Made by a program: the position numbers and the translations under genes. A stretch of DNA of 56,958 nt, from contig DAIEHA010000006.1 of the NCBI GenBank assembly GCA_027355945.1, positions 1 to 56,958 of the forward strand, read 5' to 3'. The notes beneath the pieces were generated by a model. The model made no database searches. It saw only the letters and a list, made by a program, of their open reading frames with translations, and had not been told where the DNA came from. This stretch comes from Candidatus Parcubacteria bacterium. Its GTDB lineage: Bacteria > Patescibacteriota > Minisyncoccia > UBA6257 > 2-01-FULL-56-20. Of this stretch, positions 19,732 to 28,146 are shown one piece after another (position 1 is the stretch's first letter; every line of letters begins with the position of its first letter).

Positions 19732-19759
19732 ATAAATAGGGGATAAATAGGGGATAAAT
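19732..19759 (+). repeat. 11-bp tandem direct repeat (ATAAATAGGGG x2.5)
   Basis: ATAAATAGGGG ATAAATAGGGG ATAAAT read directly from the sequence. Confidence 0.85.
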
Positions 19760-19774
19760 CGGCCTCTTTATTGA

Positions 19775-19804
19775 TTGACTTTCTTTGGGGCATCCTTCTA
19801 TGAT
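19775..19804 (+). promoter_or_regulatory. Sigma70-type promoter of the 1306-aa gene
   Basis: TTGACT (19775-80), 18-nt spacer, TATGAT (19799-804). Confidence 0.5.
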
Positions 19805-19944
19805 GGACTAGTCAGGGATTGTATTGTGAAATATTTATGCCATAAGGTTTTGGGGGTCTTTGATAAAGGGGACGGGAATAAGGCCGAAACCCGTTCGCTG
19901 GATATCCAATCAACAAGGATAGATAACCATAACAAAATAACGCA

Positions 19945-22900
19945 ATGAAAAAAATCGCTTTAGTCGGTTTTGTTTTTGTTTTCTTTGCGGGGATGCACGG
20001 GATCGTCCATGCGGCGCTTGCCCCGACGCAGTGCGCCACGGTTGGCACTCCGTTCGCGACCATCACCCAACATATCACAAACGATCCTGATTCGGGTGTT
20101 CCGGGAACGTGGGCGATCGATGCGTTCACGGAGCATGTGAACGTGTGGCTCGATACTGATGGGGTGACCTATTGTGCGAGTGCCAGTACGACGGATGGGA
20201 CATTCGTCACGACGGGGCCCTCTTCCCCGGAAAAGAGTACGCCGCTCGCGGCGGGGATCACCGGTACGTTCACCGGAGGAGAGACCTACGTGATTCCTGG
20301 CACTTTCGCGCTTTCCGGGAACTACAGCACATCTTCCCCGAAATCGGTGACCCTGCCCGACAGTTCGACGGCAGGATTCTCCTGGTGGGTCAATGAGATG
20401 TTCCCTTCCATATCCACAAGCAGCGGTTCAAGCTACGTCACCACCTATTCGCTCACCTATGTGACGCCGAATGACGGTATATGGACCGATAGTTCCGGCG
20501 GCGACCATGGGGATATCGGTCCTGCGGTGAATATGAGGACGAACACGGGATATTCCACCATCCAGGAGGCGGTGGATGCGGCAGCGCCCGGCGATACCAT
20601 CGATGTCGCTTCCGGGATCTATCCGGAAACGGTGTCGATCGACAAGAGCCTCACTTTGAATGGCGCCCAGACCGGTGTTCCCGGGGCGAGCGCGAACTTC
20701 GTTCCGCGTCTCGGTCAGGAATCCGTCGTTGATGGCATGAATATCTCGACGAACGGGGTCGCGGTGAATGGATTCACTTTCATCAATCCGGGAAGCCAGA
20801 TGAGCATCAATTCATCCACCATACTTTCCGGCGTGAGCATCCAAAACAATATCTTCACCGGATATTCAAGCGTGGGCATGCCGACCGACAATGCGGGAAA
20901 CCTGCTCATTGAAGGAAACCTGTTCCATGATCCCGCCTCCAACGCCGAGCCGATGCAGATAAAGGCGGATGGAACGCTCGGGGGATGCAACGGGACCCAG
21001 GTGGTGCATAACGTCTTCATGGGAGCGTCCAATAACGGCGGTGCCGATATCAACTTCTCCTGTACGGGGAGCCATTCCTCGAACATCACCGTCTCCGGCA
21101 ATGCGGACAACGGAAACACGAACGAGAGCAGTTTCGCGGCGTTCTCCGGGATTACGGATGGCATTACGGTCACCGATAATCATGCGACCGGCATAAGTGG
21201 GTCCGCGCTCTTTTTCTGGGGCGATGTTTCGGGCACCGCTGCCGTCACGGGGAACGTCATCACCGGAGGACAGGGCAGCGGGGTGAGCATCCATGGCAAT
21301 GACGCGTATGGTACGCCGGATGCCCCCAATTCAGGGACTTTCACGATCACCGGCAACGATCTTTCCGGCAATTTGCGAGGTGTATACCTTGGTGATGACG
21401 GTGGCGCGTTCACGTCGTCCGCCATGATCGATCTTTCCGGCAACGATCTTTCCGGGGAAGGTAGCGCAGGCGTAGAGAACTCTTCGAAAGTGATCACTGC
21501 TGCGAACGTGAATGCTTCCGGGAACTGGTGGGGAGCCTCCACTGGACCTTTGGATGCCGTTTCGGGCGATGGAAGCATCCCCGATATGAACGCAAGCGGG
21601 ACCGGATCGCCGGTCATCGGCGCAGTGAAGTATTCCGGATGGTGCACGAACTCCTATTGTGATATGACGCCTCCCTCGCTCGTATACAACGCGCCGACGG
21701 CGATCGTCATGGTAAGTTCCACACTTTCCGTTTCGGTGACTGCGCGCGACGGGCAGACCGGGATCTCGAGCGTCTTCGTTGATGCGTATGACGCGAGCGG
21801 CACCTATCTCGGGTCCTGCGGGTCTGGTGCCTCCGCTCTTCACGGAGCGTCGAGCTACACCTATGACTGCAATCTGGATGTCTCCTCATACCCTGACGGC
21901 ATGTATGCATTGCGCGCGAACGCGGAGGACATTGCGGGTAATACGACGACCGTGCCGATGGCGTTTGCCGTGAGCCATGAGGCCGTGATCATTCCTCCTC
22001 CCGTGCTTGCATGGCCGGTGAATGGGGATATCACGCCTACCAACGTGTTCACGTTCCGGTGGAATCCCACCACAAGCCCCATTCCGGGCCCCATGTCGTA
22101 CGAATTCCATTCGACCATGAATCCCGCAGAAACGAACGGCGTGCTTACGACCGGACTTTGGAATTCTGGAAAGCTCTCCACCACATCCATTCTTTCGAGC
22201 GGCGCACCGAACGGGATATGGTACTGGCAAGTGCGCGCCATCGATCCGGCAGGCAACGAGAGTCCCTGGAGTGACGTATGGAACGTCAGGCTCAATACCG
22301 TTCCTCCGCCGGCGATCGCGGCATGTCCCGCAGGAACGAAACAGGTATTCGTGGAATCCGACACGGTCGATTCGAAGGACCCTGCTCCCACCGTGGGCTC
22401 GACGACGCTTGCCGACGGACAGACATATCTTCTCGTGGCGTCGGGTACCTGGCAGAATGGCAGCATCAATGCAGCCGATGCCGCATATGCGAGCGTGGAC
22501 GATTGGAGCACGTACATGCAGGGATATTCCATAGGAGCCGCACAACTTGGATCCGGGGAATTCCAGCTCCAGGTCGGCGGTTCGTTCGTTGATTGGGGGG
22601 CGTATCAGCCGAGCCATCAGTATTCCTATCTCTATACCGCCACGGGCCAGCCACTGAGCCTCATGGTATTCGATGGGAATTCCTCGACCTCTCTCCCGAC
22701 GCCGAATCCTTCCTGGTACGGCGATAATGTGGGAAGCCTTGCGGTCAATGTATATGCGTGCCAGGCACCGGTCTTCGTAACGACCGAAACCGCAACGGGC
22801 ATAGGCCAGACGGACGCCACCTTGAACGCAATGAACGGTGATTATGGCGCGACGGGGCATTCATTCTGGGTCTCCACATCGACGTTCAGCACCGCAAGCC

Positions 22901-23865
22901 CCGTCATACCCGCAGGCGTCTATTCGACCCCTGATTTTGGCGCGATCGCATCGGATACGCCATTCTCCGCCACGCTTTCGTCTCTTGCGACGAGCGCGTA
23001 CGTATACGGGCAGAAGCTCGGCGTCATGCCCGGCGTGCAGCCCGGAACCACGTATTATTACGTGGCGTGGTCGTTTGTGAACGGTACGTGGCATCCGGGA
23101 GCAATGCGGTCACTTACGACCGCCGCGCTCGGCAGCAACGATACCCTCGCCGCGCTCGGCGTATCGGCAGGGGTGCTTTCACCTGCGTTCGATCCCGGGA
23201 CTGCGTCGTATGAGGATGTGCTTCCCTACAATACGACGATGGTACCCCAGGTGCAGGCCACATCCTCGGATCCGAATGCGACCGTGAGCATCGTGCAAGC
23301 CACAAGCACGGGAGGGACCGCGATCGTGACGGTGACGGCGCAGAACGGGTTCTCCATAGCGACCTATACCGTCTCGTTCTCTGTCGCAGCGCCGACCGTC
23401 AGCATGCTCACGGTCAAGGTGATCGTGAATAACGGTTCCGAAGGGACTGCGATTCCATCCGATTTCATGGTGAAGGTATTCGGAAGGGACGTAAGTTCCT
23501 CGACCTTCCCCGGAAGCGCCGATGGGGTCACGGTCACGCTCGAGCCCGATACGAATTTCGGGGTGAATGTGATCGAATCCCATGACCACTATACCCAGGG
23601 ATTCAGCGGGGACTGCCACGATGAAAGCGGTCTTCCTCCGGGAAATTCCGCGACGTGTACGATCACTGAGACGTACAATTCCGACGAGCCTTCCCTCGTC
23701 GTGATCGTCGGCGGGGGATCGTTAGGGAACCATGGGGGAGTCGTCCTTGGCGCGAATATCAGCGGCAATGCCGCACTTGAGGAGCAGGTCCATGCGCTTC
23801 AAGAGGAACTCATTGCGCTCCTCGAGCAATATCTTACGTTCCTCCATTCACCGGGAAGCCATTAA
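19945..23865 (+). CDS. Large secreted surface protein (1306 aa): beta-helix region, Ig/FN3-like domains, cadherin-like beta-sandwich, prealbumin-like domain, C-terminal heptad
   Basis: Signal peptide MKKIALV...VHA; YSTIQEAVDAAAPGDTIDVASGIYPETVSIDKSLTLNGAQ (pectin-lyase-fold start); YALRANAEDIAGN; WYWQVRAIDPAGNESPWS; SNDTLAALGVSAGVLSPAFDPGTASY (cadherin-like). Confidence 0.75.
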   Translation: MKKIALVGFVFVFFAGMHGIVHAALAPTQCATVGTPFATITQHITNDPDSGVPGTWAIDAFTEHVNVWLDTDGVTYCASASTTDGTFVTTGPSSPEKSTPLAAGITGTFTGGETYVIPGTFALSGNYSTSSPKSVTLPDSSTAGFSWWVNEMFPSISTSSGSSYVTTYSLTYVTPNDGIWTDSSGGDHGDIGPAVNMRTNTGYSTIQEAVDAAAPGDTIDVASGIYPETVSIDKSLTLNGAQTGVPGASANFVPRLGQESVVDGMNISTNGVAVNGFTFINPGSQMSINSSTILSGVSIQNNIFTGYSSVGMPTDNAGNLLIEGNLFHDPASNAEPMQIKADGTLGGCNGTQVVHNVFMGASNNGGADINFSCTGSHSSNITVSGNADNGNTNESSFAAFSGITDGITVTDNHATGISGSALFFWGDVSGTAAVTGNVITGGQGSGVSIHGNDAYGTPDAPNSGTFTITGNDLSGNLRGVYLGDDGGAFTSSAMIDLSGNDLSGEGSAGVENSSKVITAANVNASGNWWGASTGPLDAVSGDGSIPDMNASGTGSPVIGAVKYSGWCTNSYCDMTPPSLVYNAPTAIVMVSSTLSVSVTARDGQTGISSVFVDAYDASGTYLGSCGSGASALHGASSYTYDCNLDVSSYPDGMYALRANAEDIAGNTTTVPMAFAVSHEAVIIPPPVLAWPVNGDITPTNVFTFRWNPTTSPIPGPMSYEFHSTMNPAETNGVLTTGLWNSGKLSTTSILSSGAPNGIWYWQVRAIDPAGNESPWSDVWNVRLNTVPPPAIAACPAGTKQVFVESDTVDSKDPAPTVGSTTLADGQTYLLVASGTWQNGSINAADAAYASVDDWSTYMQGYSIGAAQLGSGEFQLQVGGSFVDWGAYQPSHQYSYLYTATGQPLSLMVFDGNSSTSLPTPNPSWYGDNVGSLAVNVYACQAPVFVTTETATGIGQTDATLNAMNGDYGATGHSFWVSTSTFSTASPVIPAGVYSTPDFGAIASDTPFSATLSSLATSAYVYGQKLGVMPGVQPGTTYYYVAWSFVNGTWHPGAMRSLTTAALGSNDTLAALGVSAGVLSPAFDPGTASYEDVLPYNTTMVPQVQATSSDPNATVSIVQATSTGGTAIVTVTAQNGFSIATYTVSFSVAAPTVSMLTVKVIVNNGSEGTAIPSDFMVKVFGRDVSSSTFPGSADGVTVTLEPDTNFGVNVIESHDHYTQGFSGDCHDESGLPPGNSATCTITETYNSDEPSLVVIVGGGSLGNHGGVVLGANISGNAALEEQVHALQEELIALLEQYLTFLHSPGSH

Positions 23866-23886
23866 GCGTTCCTTCCGGGATGCTTG

Positions 23887-23918
23887 CGATGCGCGCATCA
23901 CATGTGATGCGCGCATCG
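23887..23918. repeat. Perfect 32-bp nested palindrome between convergent genes
   Basis: CGATGCGCGCATCACATGTGATGCGCGCATCG; each arm contains the self-palindrome GATGCGCGCATC. Confidence 0.9.
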
Positions 23919-23947
23919 TTGTGTTATCCGCTGCCGTTCCCGGGGCG

Positions 23948-24409
23948 TCAATCGGTACGTTTGCGGTGGAATGAGATATGGAGGAAATTATCAAAGCCAA
24001 GATAGGTCCCTGCGTTCGCAAGGAAGAGGATAAGCAGGCAGATGGTCACGATCAATTCGTCGTTGATGAATTGCGCCACGCTGAGCGTCGCATAGTTGAT
24101 GCCGGGAAGGAAGCTGAGGAGCGTGACGCCGACGCCTACGGCCGATGCGAGCCTGACGGCGAGGCCTAGGATGAGGCAGGCACCGATCACAAGGAAGGAC
24201 CATTGCGCGAAAGGCTGGACCCATCCCCCCGAAACGGTCGCCGAGAGCCACGAATAGAGGTTATTGAATGATTGCGCCCGCAATCCTTTGCCAAGCACGG
24301 GGTCGAAGAGCACTGCGAACCCGAAGTAGAAAAAATTGAGCCCGATTGCGATACGGAGGAGGAATATCGCCATGCGGAGCGAATGGGGGATCTTGGAAGG
24401 GGCTGCCAT
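23948..24409 (-). CDS. DoxX/DoxD-like membrane protein
   Basis: LLRIAIGLNFFYFG...LVIGACLILGLAVRLAS...; four TM segments; GTYLGFD near the C-terminus. Confidence 0.75.
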   Translation of the reverse strand: MAAPSKIPHSLRMAIFLLRIAIGLNFFYFGFAVLFDPVLGKGLRAQSFNNLYSWLSATVSGGWVQPFAQWSFLVIGACLILGLAVRLASAVGVGVTLLSFLPGINYATLSVAQFINDELIVTICLLILFLANAGTYLGFDNFLHISFHRKRTD

Positions 24410-24430
24410 GATATCTGTTATAATTTATTC

Positions 24431-25000
24431 ATGATAGAGGACCGCAGGATGCATCGGCTCGGCCATCGCGCGTTCGTGCTGTTCCTTTCGCGGCGGATCA
24501 AATTCGCCGTATTCCTGTTCCTTCTCACGGCTGCGATATGGTTCGCCTCGGCACAATGGCTTTCCGGAATCTCTGCGCTCTGGGGAAACTATGCCGTACA
24601 GGTCTTCTTCCTTATCAGTATAGCGTATCTCCTCTTCATCCTGCTACGTACCTATATGGAATACCGGGCGTACACCTATTCATTCCTGCGGAACGCGTTC
24701 GTGGTGACGCGGGGCTACATTACCCGGACCGAGACCGCGACGCTCTACCACCAGATCCAGAATGTGAACATCGAACGCAGCATGACCGATCGCATGACCG
24801 GAGTGAGCAGTATCGTCATCTTTCTCGCGGGCGGGCAGTATGATTCCCCGCACAACAAGATCGTTCTTCCTGCCGTGGGAGCCCGGACGGCGCGGCTGGT
24901 CCAGAAGGAACTGCTTTTGAGGGCGCGAAGGCATGCCATGGGCGCCACGGAGGATGCAGGTGCCTACGAACCGAGGCGCCGGCGCGGTATTGCCTCATAG
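24431..25000 (+). CDS. Bacterial PH-domain (bPH_2, YdbS-like) membrane protein
   Basis: Two TMs, then Y.YSFLRNAFVVTRGYITRTETATLYHQIQNVNIERSMTDRMTGVSSIVI; start set by TGtTATAAT at 24416-24424. Confidence 0.8.
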   Translation: MIEDRRMHRLGHRAFVLFLSRRIKFAVFLFLLTAAIWFASAQWLSGISALWGNYAVQVFFLISIAYLLFILLRTYMEYRAYTYSFLRNAFVVTRGYITRTETATLYHQIQNVNIERSMTDRMTGVSSIVIFLAGGQYDSPHNKIVLPAVGARTARLVQKELLLRARRHAMGATEDAGAYEPRRRRGIAS

Positions 25001-25026
25001 CGCTCGCGCCGTATACAATACTCTTC

Positions 25027-25584
25027 ATGAACACCTCCTCTATCGCATTGCTTCTTCAGGTCGCCGCATCGCTTCTTTCGGGCGTGCAGCATGATCCTTC
25101 GATCCCGCGCTCTGCTGCGGTCCAGGCGGTGGCCATTGCTGGAAGGGCCGTCCAGGTCGCCGCGCAGGCTGAGGCGAATATAGGATTCAATGTCCCGCCG
25201 AACACCGGCATCTGGCCGACGGTCGGCGATCTCATGCAATCGGCGTATCGCACGGGGAATGGGACCTACGTACCCCAAGGCCAAGGGGTCGTCCTCGATC
25301 AATCGACCATATCGTTCGGTGATCTGAACGGCGACGGGTTCGATGATGCGGCTGCCCTCGTTGACGTCGGAAAGGGGAAGGCTGCACGGACGGAACTCGC
25401 GGTATTCCTCAATCAGGACAATGTCATGTTCAATATCGCCGATCTTCCTCTCGGCGTCTCCACCACCGTGTATTCGCACGAGATCATGGGCGGGGTGCTT
25501 GAGATGGATATGCGGACGGACGGAGGCCCGCGCGCCACTTCCACTTATGAGCTTGTGGGGGAGCGCATCATGAACGTGCGCTGA
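25027..25584 (+). CDS. Hypothetical exported protein with one FG-GAP/EF-hand-like Ca-binding motif
   Basis: FGDLNGDGFDDAAALV; hydrophobic N-terminus. Confidence 0.6.
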   Translation: MNTSSIALLLQVAASLLSGVQHDPSIPRSAAVQAVAIAGRAVQVAAQAEANIGFNVPPNTGIWPTVGDLMQSAYRTGNGTYVPQGQGVVLDQSTISFGDLNGDGFDDAAALVDVGKGKAARTELAVFLNQDNVMFNIADLPLGVSTTVYSHEIMGGVLEMDMRTDGGPRATSTYELVGERIMNVR

Positions 25585-25588
25585 CGCG

Positions 25589-26947
25589 TCAATTCGGAAA
25601 ATCGAAGCGAATGAGCTTCCCTCCCTGATCGATGAGATACAGGGAATTCCGCGAGGAGTCGTAGAAGGGGTCTGTCTCCGCGGCGAGCGCGGATATCTCC
25701 GTGAAATTCCGCACCGAAAGGTCTGCGAGATCGAGGAAATTGACGTGCGTGGGATAGACGACGAAAAGGTGGCTGTTATCGCGGTACCAGCCGAGGGAAC
25801 GCACCGAGCCCATGTCGGGAAGATTGAAACGATAGTATCCTCCCTGATCTGCGGGGAGGGTGAGCGAGAAGATCTCGATGCTCCGTCCCTCGAGGGCCGC
25901 CACGGTCGATCCGTCATCCGTGGGATAGAAGGATTTCACATCGTCCGCCATCTTGGTGAGCGTCTCGGAGGGGATATCGTACCGGTACAAGCTTCCATTG
26001 GAATCAAGGATCCCGATGAGCGTGCTCCGTATCCATTTGAGCGAGGTCACCGTTCCTGGGATGGAGAGCGACGAGTCGATCGTATCGCCGGAAAAAGGAT
26101 CGTAGATCATGATCTGCGAGGTATCCGATGCGGTCTCATATTGGGCCCACGCGAGCCACGATGATGATATTGCGAGAGGGGCTTCGAGGGATTCCCCGAC
26201 TGGCGCCGTCGCAAATGCCGTCATGGTGTTGTGCGCCCCCCCTCCGGCGAGGTCGATGGCATAGAACTTCCGCGGCGTCTTCACGAAGATGCTTGCATCG
26301 TCATACGGATTCGCAATGACGGCGGAAACGCTGTTCCTTGCCACTCCGGCGGACGCAAAGAGGGCAGAAAGGTTCGTGCTCGTCCCGTTGAGGAGGTCGT
26401 ATGCGGAATAGGTCCCTTGGGCCGATCGCGTGACGATGGTGGCGAAATCGCTTCCGTGACTTATGATCGTGCCGCGCGCAAGGGTCGTCGTCGCCCGGGC
26501 GATCGTTCCATCGGAGGATCCCGTCACCACATTCCCGCCTGCTTCGAAGAAATCCTTCACATTGGCCGCAGGAGAGGCGCTCGATGCGTTCGAGGGAATG
26601 AGCACGGCATACTTCATTTCCGTGACGAGCGTGGGGGCCACCGTGGCGTTCTCCGTCCATGCGTCGTACCCCGGAGCCTTGAGGGAAAGGACGTATCTCT
26701 TGGGAAAGAGATTCGAGATGAGCGTACCGTGGCTCAGGAACCCACTCGCGTTTTGGATGGATTTTCCGTTCAGGGTTATCTCGGCGTTTTCCGGATAGGA
26801 TTCCACATAGATCGCGCCCACCTTTTCCGTTTTAAAGGTCCCGAGATCGAAGCGCCATCCCTGGGCATAGAACGCGATCCCGGTGCCCATCACCAAAAAA
26901 AGGGCGAACAGCCCATAGAAGAGGATCCTTCGTTTACGGAGGGTCAT
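25589..26947 (-). CDS. PEGA-domain membrane-anchored protein
   Basis: TM, then GAIYVESYPENAEITLNGK...ISNLFPKRYVLSLKAPGYDAW; possible beta-propeller C-terminal part. Confidence 0.8.
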   Translation of the reverse strand: MTLRKRRILFYGLFALFLVMGTGIAFYAQGWRFDLGTFKTEKVGAIYVESYPENAEITLNGKSIQNASGFLSHGTLISNLFPKRYVLSLKAPGYDAWTENATVAPTLVTEMKYAVLIPSNASSASPAANVKDFFEAGGNVVTGSSDGTIARATTTLARGTIISHGSDFATIVTRSAQGTYSAYDLLNGTSTNLSALFASAGVARNSVSAVIANPYDDASIFVKTPRKFYAIDLAGGGAHNTMTAFATAPVGESLEAPLAISSSWLAWAQYETASDTSQIMIYDPFSGDTIDSSLSIPGTVTSLKWIRSTLIGILDSNGSLYRYDIPSETLTKMADDVKSFYPTDDGSTVAALEGRSIEIFSLTLPADQGGYYRFNLPDMGSVRSLGWYRDNSHLFVVYPTHVNFLDLADLSVRNFTEISALAAETDPFYDSSRNSLYLIDQGGKLIRFDFPN

Positions 26948-27067
26948 ATAGTATCCATTGTAGGTTCCATCCCTCAAATAATCCAGACATCGCTCCGCCG
27001 GTCCTCTTAAACGGTATTCTCATATCGCCCGATGTAGTAAACCCGATCAGGCTTTTGTATAATGAGA

Positions 27068-27191
27068 TGGGTCCAGCCTTAGATCTCGGATCAAACATTA
27101 CTAAAAGGGAGGACGAGAGCACCTGCTGTCTGTGGACTGCAGGCTGAGTCCACCCACCTGGCTTTACGCCAGAGATCTTCGGTTGGACCTA
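27068..27191 (+). ncRNA. ssrS: Putative compact 6S (SsrS)-like RNA
   Basis: TATAAT at 27058-63; ends pair (TGGGTCCAGC 27068-77 with GTTGGACCTA 27182-91; AGATCTC 27081-87 with GAGATCT 27172-78); A-rich bubble AAACATTACTAAAA then GGGAG; ACCCACCTG on the 3' side; downstream hairpin with T tract. Confidence 0.5.
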
Positions 27192-27270
27192 CAAAATGCC
27201 CATTGGGCTTTTGCGAAACGCCCCGCGTATGCGGAGCGTTTTAGCTTTTGGGGAGGATCGCCGGTTCGTC

Positions 27271-27300
27271 TTGACCATCCCGTCCTTTTCGGTATATAAT
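27271..27300 (+). promoter_or_regulatory. Sigma70 promoter of rpsP, leaderless geometry
   Basis: TTGACC, 18 nt, TATAAT, 7 nt, ATG at 27308. Confidence 0.7.
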
Positions 27301-27307
27301 GACCCTC

Positions 27308-27631
27308 ATGTTGGCTATCAAGTTACAACGCATCGGGAAAAAGCATCAGCCGAGCTATCGCCTCGTGGTCGCGGAGCGCCGTTCAAAGATGGCGGCCCCT
27401 CCCGTGGAAGACCTCGGTTCTTACAATTCATTCACAAAGAAAGCGACCTTCAAAAAGGACCGCGCAGAATACTGGCTGAAGATAGGCGCCCAGCCGACGG
27501 TCACTGCGCACAATCTTCTTGTGAAGGAGGGCATGGTTTCTTCCGCGAAGAAGTCCGTGAAGATGCCGAAGCCCGTTGCAAAGCAGGTGCAAAAAGAGGA
27601 AGCCGCGGCGCCCGCTGAAGCGACGGCCTAG
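27308..27631 (+). CDS. rpsP: 30S ribosomal protein S16
   Basis: MLAIKLQRIGKKHQPSYRLVVAERRS...VEDLGSYN...YWLKIGAQPT; K/A/E-rich tail. Confidence 0.95.
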   Translation: MLAIKLQRIGKKHQPSYRLVVAERRSKMAAPPVEDLGSYNSFTKKATFKKDRAEYWLKIGAQPTVTAHNLLVKEGMVSSAKKSVKMPKPVAKQVQKEEAAAPAEATA

Positions 27632-27722
27632 TCCCCGAAGGGAGTTTTCGTTTACACTGAAAAAAGAGAAGGACCGCAGCGAAAGGTCGAGAGCATTTTC
27701 CATATCCCGACAATCACCCGCA

Positions 27723-28031
27723 ATGACGAACGCGATTCCCGCAGACCAGGAATTTTTGGAATATCTCATCAAGTCCCTCGTGGACCATCCGGAGGATGTG
27801 AAGGTCGACCGGAAGGTCGATGAAATGGGCGTGTTGCTCACTCTCCATGTGAATCCTATGGATATGGGCCAGGTGGTCGGCCGCCAGGGCGCGACCGCAA
27901 AGTCCATTCGTTCCCTCCTTAAGATCGTAGGCGTGAAGAATAACGCCCGCGTGAATCTCAAGATCGAAGAGCCCGAAGGAGGCATGCGCCAGCCGAGGGC
28001 AGACGGTCCCGACAAGCCGCTCGATTATTGA
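27723..28031 (+). CDS. khpA: KH-domain RNA-binding protein (KhpA family)
   Basis: EFLEYLIKSLVDHPEDV...DMGQVVGRQGATAKSIRSLL; usual position after rpsP. Confidence 0.9.
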   Translation: MTNAIPADQEFLEYLIKSLVDHPEDVKVDRKVDEMGVLLTLHVNPMDMGQVVGRQGATAKSIRSLLKIVGVKNNARVNLKIEEPEGGMRQPRADGPDKPLDY

Positions 28032-28076
28032 ATCATCAGATCCCGAGCATGGAACGAGGCCGTGTATCCGCCTCGC

Positions 28077-28102
28077 ATAAAAGGCCTTTACAGGCCTTTT
28101 AT
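28077..28102. terminator. Bidirectional terminator
   Basis: ATAAAAGGCCT-TTAC-AGGCCTTTTAT. Confidence 0.75.
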
Positions 28103-28146
28103 GATGCTTGCAAAAGCGTCGTCCCGCAATTATCATTACTATCGTT

